64,000 nucleotides of DNA, from assembly GCA_977017575.1 (NCBI GenBank), contig CDRNVI010000008.1, positions 1 through 64,000 of the forward strand. The letters run 5' to 3'. The notes beneath the pieces were generated by a model. The model did no database searches. It was not told the origin of the DNA and saw nothing but the letters and a program-made list of their open reading frames with translations. Below, piece by piece: positions 30,416-40,288 of the stretch (within the stretch, counting starts at the first letter, position 1; every line of letters starts with the position of its first letter). The stretch is from Paramoeba atlantica (lineage: Eukaryota > Protista > Discosea). The translations under genes were made by a program, and so were the position numbers.

Positions 30416-31795
30416 ATGTCCCTCCCCCTCCCCCCCCTCCCCCTCCGCTCCATGACCCGTCACGCCCTCACCGGCACCCCGCCCCCCACCCGCTCCACCC
30501 TCCTCTCCACGGTCACCAACAAAATGGACAAAGCCGCCCACCTCCTCCCCACCACCCTCTCCCTCCACACCCCCCTCCTCCCCGGCCCCCCCCGTCGCAC
30601 CGCCTTCGTCCGCACCCCCACCACCGAGCTCGGTCTCTCCCCCTCCATCGTCTCCTGGCTCTCCGCCCATGGCATCCACGCCTTCACCCCCACCCAGGCC
30701 GCGGTCCTCGGGGCCATGCTCCGGGGGACCAGCGTGGTGGCCCAGGCGGAGACGGCCTCGGGGAAGTCCCTCGCGGCGGCGCTCGGGGCCGCGCACCGGC
30801 TCCTCCACGGGCTCGTCGCGGCGTCCCGCGTGCACACCGTCGTGGTGGTCCCCAGCGAGGGGGTGGGGCGGCAGTACGTGCGGTGGGTGTCCGCGGTCGC
30901 GGGGGGGTCGCGGCACGTGGTGGGGTGGGTGGGGGAGGGGGAGGGGGGGAGGGGGGGGGAGGAGAGGCTGATGGGGTTACGGGGGGTGGCCCCGCATGTG
31001 CTGGTGGGGACGGTGGGGGGGGTTGCGATGGTGCGGAAGTATGCGCCGGAGTTGTGGGGGGTGAAACTGCGAAAGGTGGTGGATACGTTGGTGGTGGATG
31101 AGGTGGATGCGGTGTTGGCACAGGATGGGGGGGTGGAGCTGGTGGAGAGGTTGTATCGGAGACAACGGGATGAGATTCCGGCGCAGCTGGTGGCGTTGTC
31201 CGCGACGATGGATACCCGGACGCGACGACAGGTGAATCGGTGGGTGCGGGATGAGAGTAATGTGTTGCGGGTGTGTAGCTCCGCGATGGAGCATGCCCTG
31301 CCGGAGAATTTGTCGTATTTTTTGTACTGTGACCCGACACGGCGTGGGGCCGCGCTGCTCGCCAATGTGCTGTTGTACAGTCAATATGTGAAAGAGGGGG
31401 GGTTTCGTCCGTTGGTGTGTGTTCCCACGTCCGAGCACAAGGCGGAGTTGCGGCAGACAATGCAGGAAATAGTCCGTCCGAAACTTCAGTCCACGTCTTG
31501 CGTGCCCAAGGACGATTCCGGGGGCTTTCTCCCGACCTCCCCGATTGAAATTTCTTCAAAGATACTGGTGTCGGATTTCGAGGAGACGCGCGGGTTAAAC
31601 TATGAGGGCATCTCGGATGTTATTATTTACGGAGGCGTTCCCTCACCCGCGCAGTTCGTGCACTTAGCGGGATGTGCTGCGCGCAACGGGGGCAAGGGGG
31701 AAGTGAGTCTAATTTTTTCCCCATACGACTCGAGGAGTGTGCAACGTCTTTGTAGTGTTTATGATATTCCGTACAAATTATCAGTTTGTAGATGA
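30416..31795 (+). CDS. DEAD-box helicase-like protein with degenerate motif VI, probably mitochondrial
   Basis: Q motif (GIHAFTPTQ), motif I AETASGKS, motif II DEVD, motif III SAT, motif VI FVHLAGCAAR. The ORF is open from 29999; the start is uncertain. Confidence 0.8.
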   Translation: MSLPLPPLPLRSMTRHALTGTPPPTRSTLLSTVTNKMDKAAHLLPTTLSLHTPLLPGPPRRTAFVRTPTTELGLSPSIVSWLSAHGIHAFTPTQAAVLGAMLRGTSVVAQAETASGKSLAAALGAAHRLLHGLVAASRVHTVVVVPSEGVGRQYVRWVSAVAGGSRHVVGWVGEGEGGRGGEERLMGLRGVAPHVLVGTVGGVAMVRKYAPELWGVKLRKVVDTLVVDEVDAVLAQDGGVELVERLYRRQRDEIPAQLVALSATMDTRTRRQVNRWVRDESNVLRVCSSAMEHALPENLSYFLYCDPTRRGAALLANVLLYSQYVKEGGFRPLVCVPTSEHKAELRQTMQEIVRPKLQSTSCVPKDDSGGFLPTSPIEISSKILVSDFEETRGLNYEGISDVIIYGGVPSPAQFVHLAGCAARNGGKGEVSLIFSPYDSRSVQRLCSVYDIPYKLSVCR

Positions 31796-32545
31796 AGATT
31801 TGCTTAAGTGTGTGATCTCTTATGGAAATTATTTCCCTAGGAGATCATTTCAAATGATAACACTTGAAATATGGAATCCAACGCTTTAAATACGGTAAAG
31901 CGCATACCCCTTGCATGAACAGCGAAGAATGACAAAGATGTCCCGCAAATCCCACGAACCCGAAAAACATGCGGGGGGTGTGTTCTAGAGAGACTCGAAA
32001 TTAGTCCATCTTAAGGAGTTTTGACGTTGAAAAAGTGAAAATACCAGTGGAGTCTTCGTTTCCACTACATATTCGCTTTGCTGAATGTCACCAGCGTGTA
32101 TTCGCTTTGCTGAACTTCACCAGCGATGGGTATGGAATCATACAGCGCGCATGCAAATCCTTTTCCTGAAGTCTTTACTATTCCTGGTGCTTTTTCACTC
32201 TTAAACAGCTCATGAGTAATATTGAGAAAATCGTTTTGTACTTGAGAGTGCAAGATTATAGCCCATCGGGAGTACTCTAAGGCGAAATACGTCTTCCCCA
32301 ATTCGTACGCAACATGCAAGAGCTGTTAGAGAAAGCATATGCTGTCATTTTGTAACATTTTCTCTATTTCTGCATTCTGTTTATTACACTGTAGCTACGA
32401 TTGGTTGCTGTACAAACTGCAGTTTGCATACTTTATGGGTTTTTAACGTATCAATTTTGAAGAATAAATTCTCCCAGTGTTTATGGCATATGCTTCTTTG
32501 CGTATCACACATTCGTAAGCTTCGATTTTCTTTAGCAACTCGATC

Positions 32546-32887
32546 ATGTGTATCAATCCAGTAGAATTTTGCACAACGGAAAAGCACTTCGATGCCGAAG
32601 AGAAGCAAACGGAAAGAGAAGTGTCTCCAAATGTTTTCTTTGATTTAAATTTAGAAAATGATTCAACAAGCGAAACACTTTCTGTGATCAATCAGCAGCC
32701 CAGAAGTGGTCTCACTTTAGAAAGGATTTGTAGCATGCATGTAAACGCTTTGAAATATCAAGACGTTGGAGAACGACATCTTTTTCATATCGGTTTGCGA
32801 GATGCAAAGACACAAATGCTGCTTGAAGAAACCACTGATATACTACACTGGCTGCAATACTTTTGCCTCGAAAACATTGAAGCTTGA
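32546..32887 (+). CDS. Possible small hypothetical protein
   Basis: 113-aa ORF on the coding strand; no other support. Confidence 0.3.
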   Translation: MCINPVEFCTTEKHFDAEEKQTEREVSPNVFFDLNLENDSTSETLSVINQQPRSGLTLERICSMHVNALKYQDVGERHLFHIGLRDAKTQMLLEETTDILHWLQYFCLENIEA

Positions 32888-33165
32888 ATATGCAAGTTTT
32901 CTTTTCTTTGCTGTTTTAACTCATGGAGCGGATAGAAATTTACATTAAAAAAATATTTTTTTTCTTTCTTGCTGTGTTTTTCCTTGCTTTCATTTAGTAA
33001 GTTCTTGTTATTGTAAACAAGTTACTGATTTTGTCGGTGGTAAGAAACTGAGTGAGATACAAACTGAGATAGGAAAATTGAAGTAAGATTAATTAAAAAA
33101 GGAGAGTGACGTTTTTTATCCTATAAATTTTCATACATATTTTTTAGCTCATACGCCTACCCATC

Positions 33166-33924
33166 ATGTCCTCTGACGATTCGGATGAAGATTTCCGCAC
33201 GCTTCGCCGGCGACCACGAAAGAATCGCGAGGCCCAGTACGCCCAGGAGGATGCCGCGGCGGAAGGTATTGTAGATCTCGCCACCACAGACCTTGACGCA
33301 CTCTCTCTTGGTGATTTCCTAAAAGCCTACGAACGACGTCCTAGACCTCAGCAGATATGTCGCACAGGTGCAGCTCACCCAAACGCCAGGACGCGCATTC
33401 CATCCTGGTCCGAGTTGGAGACCAATACGGCCCCCTACCCCTACATTCGCATGTTACAACGCGCAAGTCACTGCGCTCGAGAGCGAAACCCGGAGGCCAT
33501 TCGGGCCGGAGAGGGGACGATTCAAATTCTGGGCCCGAAAATGCAAAAAGACGGGCCTCGGAAAACTGTGATTACAAACTTCCGAGATGTCTGTGCCTCC
33601 ATGGCCCGCACCGAGGAGAACGTCATGGACTTTTTAACCAAGGAACTTAGCACGACGGGAAATTTGGATTCTAATCAGTGCCTGGTGTTGAAAGGGAGCT
33701 ACCGCGACCACAACTTGGAGAAAGCCCTGCGTAAATACGCCGATGAGTTTATTGTGTGCTATGCCTGTGGCTCTGGCCAGACCACACTCTCGCGCGACCC
33801 CGTATCTCGTCTTTTTGAGCTTAAATGTGAAAAATGCAATGCGTCGCGAAATGTGTCGTCCGCGACAGCCGGATTTGCCGCCCAGACCACACGGCGTGCC
33901 ATTCAAAGAATGAAGCAAGGCTAG
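33166..33924 (+). CDS. EIF2S2: Translation initiation factor eIF2 beta
   Basis: KTVITNFRDVC..M.R..E.V.DFL.KELST.G, LKG, KYADEFIVCYAC, TTLSRD...LKCEKC zinc ribbon. Confidence 0.92.
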   Translation: MSSDDSDEDFRTLRRRPRKNREAQYAQEDAAAEGIVDLATTDLDALSLGDFLKAYERRPRPQQICRTGAAHPNARTRIPSWSELETNTAPYPYIRMLQRASHCARERNPEAIRAGEGTIQILGPKMQKDGPRKTVITNFRDVCASMARTEENVMDFLTKELSTTGNLDSNQCLVLKGSYRDHNLEKALRKYADEFIVCYACGSGQTTLSRDPVSRLFELKCEKCNASRNVSSATAGFAAQTTRRAIQRMKQG

Positions 33925-34056
33925 ATAATGGGAAACGTATGGGAATTTTGAGAAACAAGTGGGCATGGAAGAAAACAGATGATGTTCCTTTTGGTTGATT
34001 TTATAGTCATGCAATTTGATATGAAATTTTCGTAAACTTTGCAGTTTTTTCTGGCC

Positions 34057-34111
34057 ATTCTTACTTATCGACTATGATTCTTACTTATCGACTACGATTC
34101 TTACTTATCGA
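34057..34111. repeat. 20-bp tandem repeat x2.7 (ATTCTTACTTATCGACTAYG)
   Basis: Read directly. Confidence 0.9.
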
Positions 34112-34454
34112 GTTGTGCTGTTCATTTTTTTCGGAATAACGCTTCAATAGAAAGAGAACTCGCTTTAAATTTAAATAGCTTCGCTCGGTCTGCTTAAAAG
34201 AGTTTTAATTTGAAAAGAATATGGAAGATGTACCGTACAAACATCGGTTCACGCAGCATGCAGTATTGTCAATATTATTGACGTCAATTATTGAATAATT
34301 GACGTTAAAGTAAATATACCAAGACGGCGAAAAAATATGAATCGATTTCAAAATAAATTTTAAGTAGTTGAACTGCAGTAATTCTATGTTATTTGAAAAT
34401 AAATGAAACGTTTTTTGCTCTAAGATAAAATAAAACTTTGTTTCATTTGACATT

Positions 34455-35522
34455 ATGATTACGTATCGCTTTGACATTCTGAGCACAAGTGCCTTAGGTA
34501 TATGTGGCTATACTATCACGGCTGGTTATGCATGTGTAGCATTATGGAAATGGAGGCGGAGAAATGCAACTTCGAGCCTCGACTCTTCACAAGCACCAGA
34601 CGATCTTGAAAAAGAAAGGACCATTTTTGCTTTTGTACGAGGCAGGCGAATTTTGCCAGTATGTGCCAAATCTCTATATGCTTTCGGGGTGTCCTTTATT
34701 GGTACCTTACTGTTTTACCTCGAGCCACGAATTCCGCTAGCACTACCCGCGGCGCTCACTTTTATTTGTGGTTTGCTTAATTTGACTTCTCCAAGCGAAG
34801 CTCTGTCTCCTCGCGGAAGAAATGGAATGTTGACTCTTCTTGCGCTTTCTTGTGGATACGCCATGGGTCCAATTAATGTCACTTTTCCTAGTATGATTGC
34901 ACTACCATTCTACTCATGTGTGTTCTCCACTTTATTGAGTCACATGGTGGCAAGTGAAGTTTGTCAAACGTCCTCGTGGTATTTGATACACGCGTTGATC
35001 TGCAGCTTAACCTTCGGAAATTCGTTGTTGGAAAGTATATTCAAGCACCCATGGCGCGCCCTCCCCTTTCATATATGGCAAATAGTCCAGAGCGGTATTT
35101 GCGTAGGGATGACTGTATACTGCTGGTATGCCTGCATTGGTTCTCGACAACGAAGGTCGGGGACAGTAAAAGAGGTGTATGTTGCAATGGACGATCCTGC
35201 CAAACAGGATTGTATGATTCATCGAGACACAACAATTATTTTTGGTGCTACAGCCTCCATTTTGTTTATTCTTACGCGTCAACTCATGCGAAAAGTATTC
35301 AGGAGACGAGGTCCACCTCAGTCTTCTCATAATACTGCCTCCTCGACTATTATATGGCCGGGTTATCCCACCATCGGTCTCCACGTGGGGTTCTCAGATA
35401 TAAGCTCGGCTTTGATCTGTGTCGCAGGGTACATATTAGCTGTCAGCACATTGCAACATACATATGGCACAACGTGTGGTCATCGCATGAGCGAACTGGG
35501 GCGTGGCATTATGGGTACGTAA
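34455..35522 (+). CDS. Polytopic membrane protein, possibly Bax inhibitor-1/TMBIM family
   Basis: 7-8 hydrophobic segments. RNGMLTLLALSCGYAMGP..FPSMI and QDCMIH resemble BI-1 (RLGLL..FA..G..LGP...PSI; QDYIWH). Confidence 0.55.
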   Translation: MITYRFDILSTSALGICGYTITAGYACVALWKWRRRNATSSLDSSQAPDDLEKERTIFAFVRGRRILPVCAKSLYAFGVSFIGTLLFYLEPRIPLALPAALTFICGLLNLTSPSEALSPRGRNGMLTLLALSCGYAMGPINVTFPSMIALPFYSCVFSTLLSHMVASEVCQTSSWYLIHALICSLTFGNSLLESIFKHPWRALPFHIWQIVQSGICVGMTVYCWYACIGSRQRRSGTVKEVYVAMDDPAKQDCMIHRDTTIIFGATASILFILTRQLMRKVFRRRGPPQSSHNTASSTIIWPGYPTIGLHVGFSDISSALICVAGYILAVSTLQHTYGTTCGHRMSELGRGIMGT

Positions 35523-35565
35523 GCATTCTAGGCACGTTAATCTTTTTTCAGACCTTACTGAACTA

Positions 35566-35856
35566 CCGTATACCCCCCTCAGTACGATACCCCCCCCCCC
35601 CCAGTGAGAGAGATTTGGCCCTTTTTGGGCTGACCCAGTAAGAGAGATTTGGCTCGGGGGCCCCACAGGAGGGGTATAGGGAGTAGGGGATGGGTGTCTG
35701 CATGTTGGGGGCCTCGGGGGTAACCCAAATAAGCGTTTTAACACGTTTTCCGAAGAAACAATACAAATAAATAGTCAAAAAAGTCGGGAGAAAAGAAGAA
35801 ACCTGCCAAAAAAGCATACCCCCCAGTAAGAGAGATTTGGCCATTTCTACCCAAAA
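35566..35856. mobile_element. Tc2/pogo-type MITE, copy A (one end lost next to another MITE)
   Basis: TA|CCGTATACCCCC terminus; internal CAGTAAGAGAGATTTGGC repeats; inverted homolog of 55042-55397. Confidence 0.85.
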
Positions 35857-35859
35857 GTG

Positions 35860-36208
35860 CAGTGTTTCCAAGATGTCTTCTCCCCTGCGGAAATTTGACT
35901 CTTTTTATTTGTTTTTTTCTCATTTTTACAGCATTGGATAGATCTCGTTCCCCTGATGAAGAGCTTTGTCGCCCTTTTTTTGTAGGGACCTCCTGGGTCC
36001 AAAACACATGGTTTTTTGGGTCATTTTTCTGGAACACATACATTTTTTTCATTTTTTTATGCTTTGGTAAAATATTTTCTTTCGCATTTTGGCTTGTTTT
36101 CATTTTCTTTGATCTCGTTCCCTTAGCAAATGCCTTTGTTAGTTTTTCTTCCCAGTGATCCCCTAGGGCTCTCGTGAGATTAAAAACACAGTTCATTTGA
36201 AACCACTG
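35860..36208 (+). mobile_element. CAGTG-ended Tc1-type MITE, copy 2
   Basis: Left end CAGTGTTTCCAA, right end TTGAAACCACTG|TA (imperfect 12-bp TIR); homologous to 10705-11032. Confidence 0.8.
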
Positions 36209-36269
36209 TACATGTGGCGCATGTGCCCATTTACATAATCGATCGAATCCAAGATGTCGGCGAAGATCA

Positions 36270-36450
36270 TCGACAAAACCTTGGTGGTGGCTCGACAAAA
36301 CCTTGGTGGAATCTCGACAAAACAATGGTGAAACCTCGCCACCCTCGGCCCTTCAATTGTTTTGAGAGAAAACGTTTATTCGTCTTCAAAAGACGTATAA
36401 CGTTTTTATACGTCTTTGAAGACGTATAACGTAAAAGACTTTTACGTTAT
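36270..36450. repeat. 22-bp-period tandem repeat x3 followed by two adjacent hairpin palindromes
   Basis: TCGACAAAACCTTGGTGG at 36270, 36292 and 36314 (degenerate). Inverted repeats at 36381-36424 and 36426-36450. Confidence 0.85.
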
Positions 36451-36726
36451 CAAGACTTGCAATGTATGTTCTCATTATTTTTGTTTCTGCGCAAGAAGAC
36501 AAAGATTTTGCTCTCAGTAACAGCACCAAAAGGAATTTTTTAATTGAAATATAGAAAATCTGTAGAACGCAAATTCTCTTTGTTAGATTTTTTTACAACT
36601 ATGGCCGTACTTTCAATCGAAACCATGAAACGCTATTCCTCGCTGCATCAGAGCTCGTCATCACCCAACTCCTTCCCGACATAGCACACTCCCTCCCCCT
36701 TTCCCTTGCACACATAACCGACACCC

Positions 36727-38568
36727 ATGAACCACACCCTCACCCAGGTCACCAAACACACCCCCACCCCCACCGTTGTCGAGGCCATGCTCCACGGCAC
36801 CGGGGTCGTCGCCATGGACTTTGGTCCCCACCTCATGCACTGGACCCTCGCATGCCGCGCCGCCCTCACCCACGGCCACCCCCCCACATCCCCCTCCCCC
36901 CTCCCCGGACCCGGCCACCGTCTCCTCTCCAACCTCCACCTCGCCCGCGAACACGCCCGTCTCACCCGGGACAAACTCCGTCGTCTCTACGTCGACCCCC
37001 ACGCCTGGGTCCCCGCCTACACCTCCACCCTGGTGGACTGGATCAACACCAACACCGACCCCCCCGGCGCCCTTCTCCCCCCCTCCCCCCACGGACCCCT
37101 CCCCGCCCTCCCCTTTGCCGCGGACGCCACCCAACGCGTGCTGCCCTTCCCCCAGCTCCTGGCCTACGAGCACAGCCTCGCGCGGTACAGCCACGGGGTA
37201 CGGCCCCTCGCCCACCTCCCCGCGCTCCACCCCCTCCACGGGGTCTACGCCCCGGGGGTCGTGGAGGGTCGCCTGTACCGCAGTCTGATCGGCTGGTTCC
37301 GCTCCACGGTGCGCACGGAGAGGTGCTGGCACGCGCTGGACTGGTGCAGCCAAAGTGGGGTGCTGAGTTGGGGGCTGCTGGTGAATGGGGTACGGCACCT
37401 GGTGTGTGTGGACCACGGGGTGAGGGGACTGCGCTCGACGAAGGGACAGGTGAGACGGTGCGCGGGGGAGGAGAAGTTTCAGAGGTGGGAGGGGGCGGGG
37501 AGGGTGACGTTGGTGCCGTTTGAGTATGAGAGTGCGGAGGGGGGAGGGAAGGGGGGTGGGAGGAGAGGGGGGGAAGGGGGGTCGACGGTTTCGTTTGAGG
37601 CGTTGGAGTACCAGTGTCCGGAGGCGTTGAAGGGGATGAAGTTTGATTTGATTGTCACGCATGTGGGATTGCCTGAGGTATCGATGACCCCTCTTACGGA
37701 GATGGGCCCTTTTCGCGCCCAGGTGCAACAGTCTCGTAAGAATACCATTCTGTCATTTTTGGAAATGTGTGAAAAGCACTTACTAAGGTGTGGAGGGCGC
37801 TACGTTGCAATCATATCCCACAATTACCATTGGCTTCTCTCAGGGGAGGTTCTTCCGTTGCCTTTAACCCCGCCTACGCATTGGGAAACGATTCTCGACG
37901 AGAGCTGTTCTCTTGGTGAGTGTGAGGGTATTCTTGGTGGCATTGAAACCGATATAACCGCTATGGCCACCGCTTCGAGTGCGATGCAAAAAACGCAGTC
38001 TCAGGACACGGACAATCCACTCAAAGTTACGCGCACAACACACAAGAAGCGCTCACAACTATGTGATTCCTTGTGGGTTCGAGATTATTTGCGTGATGTC
38101 ACGGGTCACCTATGGGTTCTACGGCTGAAAGGGGCCAATGAGCGCTATCTTAAATCGAAGCCTTCTAGCTATGAGGCTGGGGAGTCTTCGACGGACCTAC
38201 AACCTTGCGCTTGGAAAGAAACGCGTGATTATCAATACTACCAACCAAAGTCTGGTCCTCTTGATGCCGCTCTTGGAGCTAATGTGCCCACACTTTCATT
38301 TCTAGAAGACGCTTCATCTCAACGCCGAACTGACCTTGATGTTTTACATTCCTCACCTGAACCGCCAATTGCAGAACTCAACAAAAATGATCAATGCTCT
38401 AATAAAGAAATTGACGCACAGTCTTCTTTATCAAGTACGCCTCCTAGAACACGTGCCTCCGTGTCTCAGAACAAAGAAGATAAATATGCAAGAGCAATTC
38501 GACAGCAAAAAACAGCATTGAAAACACAAATTGACTTGCTGAATTTTCTTTCCAGCAAGCGTCTTTAA
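36727..38568 (+). CDS. Class I SAM-dependent methyltransferase-like protein (MTS/PrmC-like, degenerate)
   Basis: GVYAPG, ALDWCSQSGVLS (motif I-like), FDLIVTHVGLP (motif IV-like, NPPY lost). Confidence 0.55.
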   Translation: MNHTLTQVTKHTPTPTVVEAMLHGTGVVAMDFGPHLMHWTLACRAALTHGHPPTSPSPLPGPGHRLLSNLHLAREHARLTRDKLRRLYVDPHAWVPAYTSTLVDWINTNTDPPGALLPPSPHGPLPALPFAADATQRVLPFPQLLAYEHSLARYSHGVRPLAHLPALHPLHGVYAPGVVEGRLYRSLIGWFRSTVRTERCWHALDWCSQSGVLSWGLLVNGVRHLVCVDHGVRGLRSTKGQVRRCAGEEKFQRWEGAGRVTLVPFEYESAEGGGKGGGRRGGEGGSTVSFEALEYQCPEALKGMKFDLIVTHVGLPEVSMTPLTEMGPFRAQVQQSRKNTILSFLEMCEKHLLRCGGRYVAIISHNYHWLLSGEVLPLPLTPPTHWETILDESCSLGECEGILGGIETDITAMATASSAMQKTQSQDTDNPLKVTRTTHKKRSQLCDSLWVRDYLRDVTGHLWVLRLKGANERYLKSKPSSYEAGESSTDLQPCAWKETRDYQYYQPKSGPLDAALGANVPTLSFLEDASSQRRTDLDVLHSSPEPPIAELNKNDQCSNKEIDAQSSLSSTPPRTRASVSQNKEDKYARAIRQQKTALKTQIDLLNFLSSKRL

Positions 38569-38722
38569 GCGCTTGAAGTGGTCCCTGGAGCATATCACAC
38601 TTAATACTAAAGATTCTAGAATATCTTTTCTTTTATATCTTTTTGCAGGTTCAAACCGAGGAATCGAACCAAAAGTGTAAATTCATCTCAATTTTGATTA
38701 TCAATTTTATTGGAGGTCTCTA

Positions 38723-39865
38723 ATGCTCTCTGTGATAACATCGTTTCCTCTTGCGGTGTTCTACATCCCATGCACTTTGGTTCGTGCTAATAACCTTCAG
38801 TATCCTACTACGGGGTTCTCGTGCGCAGATGCAGCGGTTAAACTTACTACCCAGCAATGCACAGGATTTTTAACGTCTGATGAATCACACGCACGTGTGG
38901 CGACTCGAAAGGTCCATAGCAGCGTTCTCCCAATAGAATATGACCTTGCCAGAATGGTATCTAAAGTGAAGAATCTCTCTCCTAGCTGGCGTGTAGAACG
39001 GTCTGCGAACACGTGGGACGGAATTGTTTGCGACGTAGACGGTAGTGTAACACGAATTCATTGGAGCGATCGGAATATGGCAGGTGAACTCCTATTTTCC
39101 TATCTACCTAGAACTTTGGAAGAGTTGAGAATGAACACTAATAATCTCATTGGTCGCTGTGATATTCCCCATGATTGTCGCGTTCTTACTAGTGTAGATG
39201 TCAGTCACAATGAGTTGTCGGAGATCGACATTTCTTTATTACCAGGCTCTGTAACATACTTGGAGTTATCTTCTAATCTATTTCACGGCCTGGTTGATTT
39301 CGAAGCTTTGCCTGAAATGCTTCGAAATATACATTTAGCGAACAACAAATTCGTAGGTCCCGTCTCACTTGTATCTCTTCCAAATAACACCAGGTATATT
39401 TATCTTGATTTTAATTCTTTCGAAGGCCCGCTTGACCTGACTTGTCTCCCGTCAAAATTTAACACTATTTCAGCTTACGACAATCGTCTGAACGGAGAAT
39501 TAAACATATCACAATTGCCGCGATCAACGCGACAGCTTGCTCTTGCGAAGAATCAGTTTCAAGGTACCATTGATCTTTCATATTTACCACCCCTGGTGTA
39601 CTATGTTTCTTTTTTCGGGAATAACCTTACGGTATACATGGACACTTCGAAATTTTCAGAAAATTTCAGAGAATTCTGTATCAGCTATCCTCCACGAAGA
39701 TACGCGAAAGTTACGTCTTTACCGGGCATGAAACTAAAATGGCACGGAAATAATAACACTTTTTACGGCCTCCAATCGGCGGACATCAAAAGGACTAAAG
39801 CTGCTTTGTTAATTGAACAGGAACTTGAGTGGAAGCCAATTGAGATAGAAATCGCTACAGAATAA
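38723..39865 (+). CDS. Leucine-rich repeat protein with hydrophobic N-terminus and LRRNT cap
   Basis: W...W.GI.C...GSVTRIHW cap, then about 9 LxxLxLxxNxFxGxL/V repeats. Confidence 0.9.
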   Translation: MLSVITSFPLAVFYIPCTLVRANNLQYPTTGFSCADAAVKLTTQQCTGFLTSDESHARVATRKVHSSVLPIEYDLARMVSKVKNLSPSWRVERSANTWDGIVCDVDGSVTRIHWSDRNMAGELLFSYLPRTLEELRMNTNNLIGRCDIPHDCRVLTSVDVSHNELSEIDISLLPGSVTYLELSSNLFHGLVDFEALPEMLRNIHLANNKFVGPVSLVSLPNNTRYIYLDFNSFEGPLDLTCLPSKFNTISAYDNRLNGELNISQLPRSTRQLALAKNQFQGTIDLSYLPPLVYYVSFFGNNLTVYMDTSKFSENFREFCISYPPRRYAKVTSLPGMKLKWHGNNNTFYGLQSADIKRTKAALLIEQELEWKPIEIEIATE

Positions 39866-40288
39866 TCTTGGATGGGATTGGCAAGGAATACGCAAATACG
39901 CACACTTATGAATAGTCCTTATTAGATTGTATACACAAATGCTAATGTAAAGAAGTGGTATAGGAGTGTTTATAAAGAAGTGGCATAGGAGGATGTAGAA
40001 ATATTGTGAAACATACGGACAACGTGGATCAAGCTAAATTTGCATCAGTTTCGCCAGGATTTCATACTGATCTGTAGTGTAAATACTGTAGTGTAAATTA
40101 GGAATTACATGAATAAAATTTCTCCTTTGGAATACATGAACAATTTTAAACTACTTTAGATCATCGCCAAATAATTAGTCGCATTTTTTCGGTTACAGAA
40201 TTCCTTTTCCGAGCGTTCGAGTACTCGAGATTTTCTTTTGCTCGAAATTTAGTTTTTATTTTTGAGTTTGCACACAATTCTCTTATTA

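Noticed and set aside
36270-36330. Short direct repeats (also 34057-34111, 17113-17161, 32070-32125) as a possible CRISPR array
   Set aside because: No unique spacers, only 2-3 units, no cas genes, eukaryotic context.
38645-38680. B-box/T-loop-like GGTTCGATTCC on the minus strand (possible tRNA)
   Set aside because: No pairing T-stem, acceptor stem or anticodon arm can be built.
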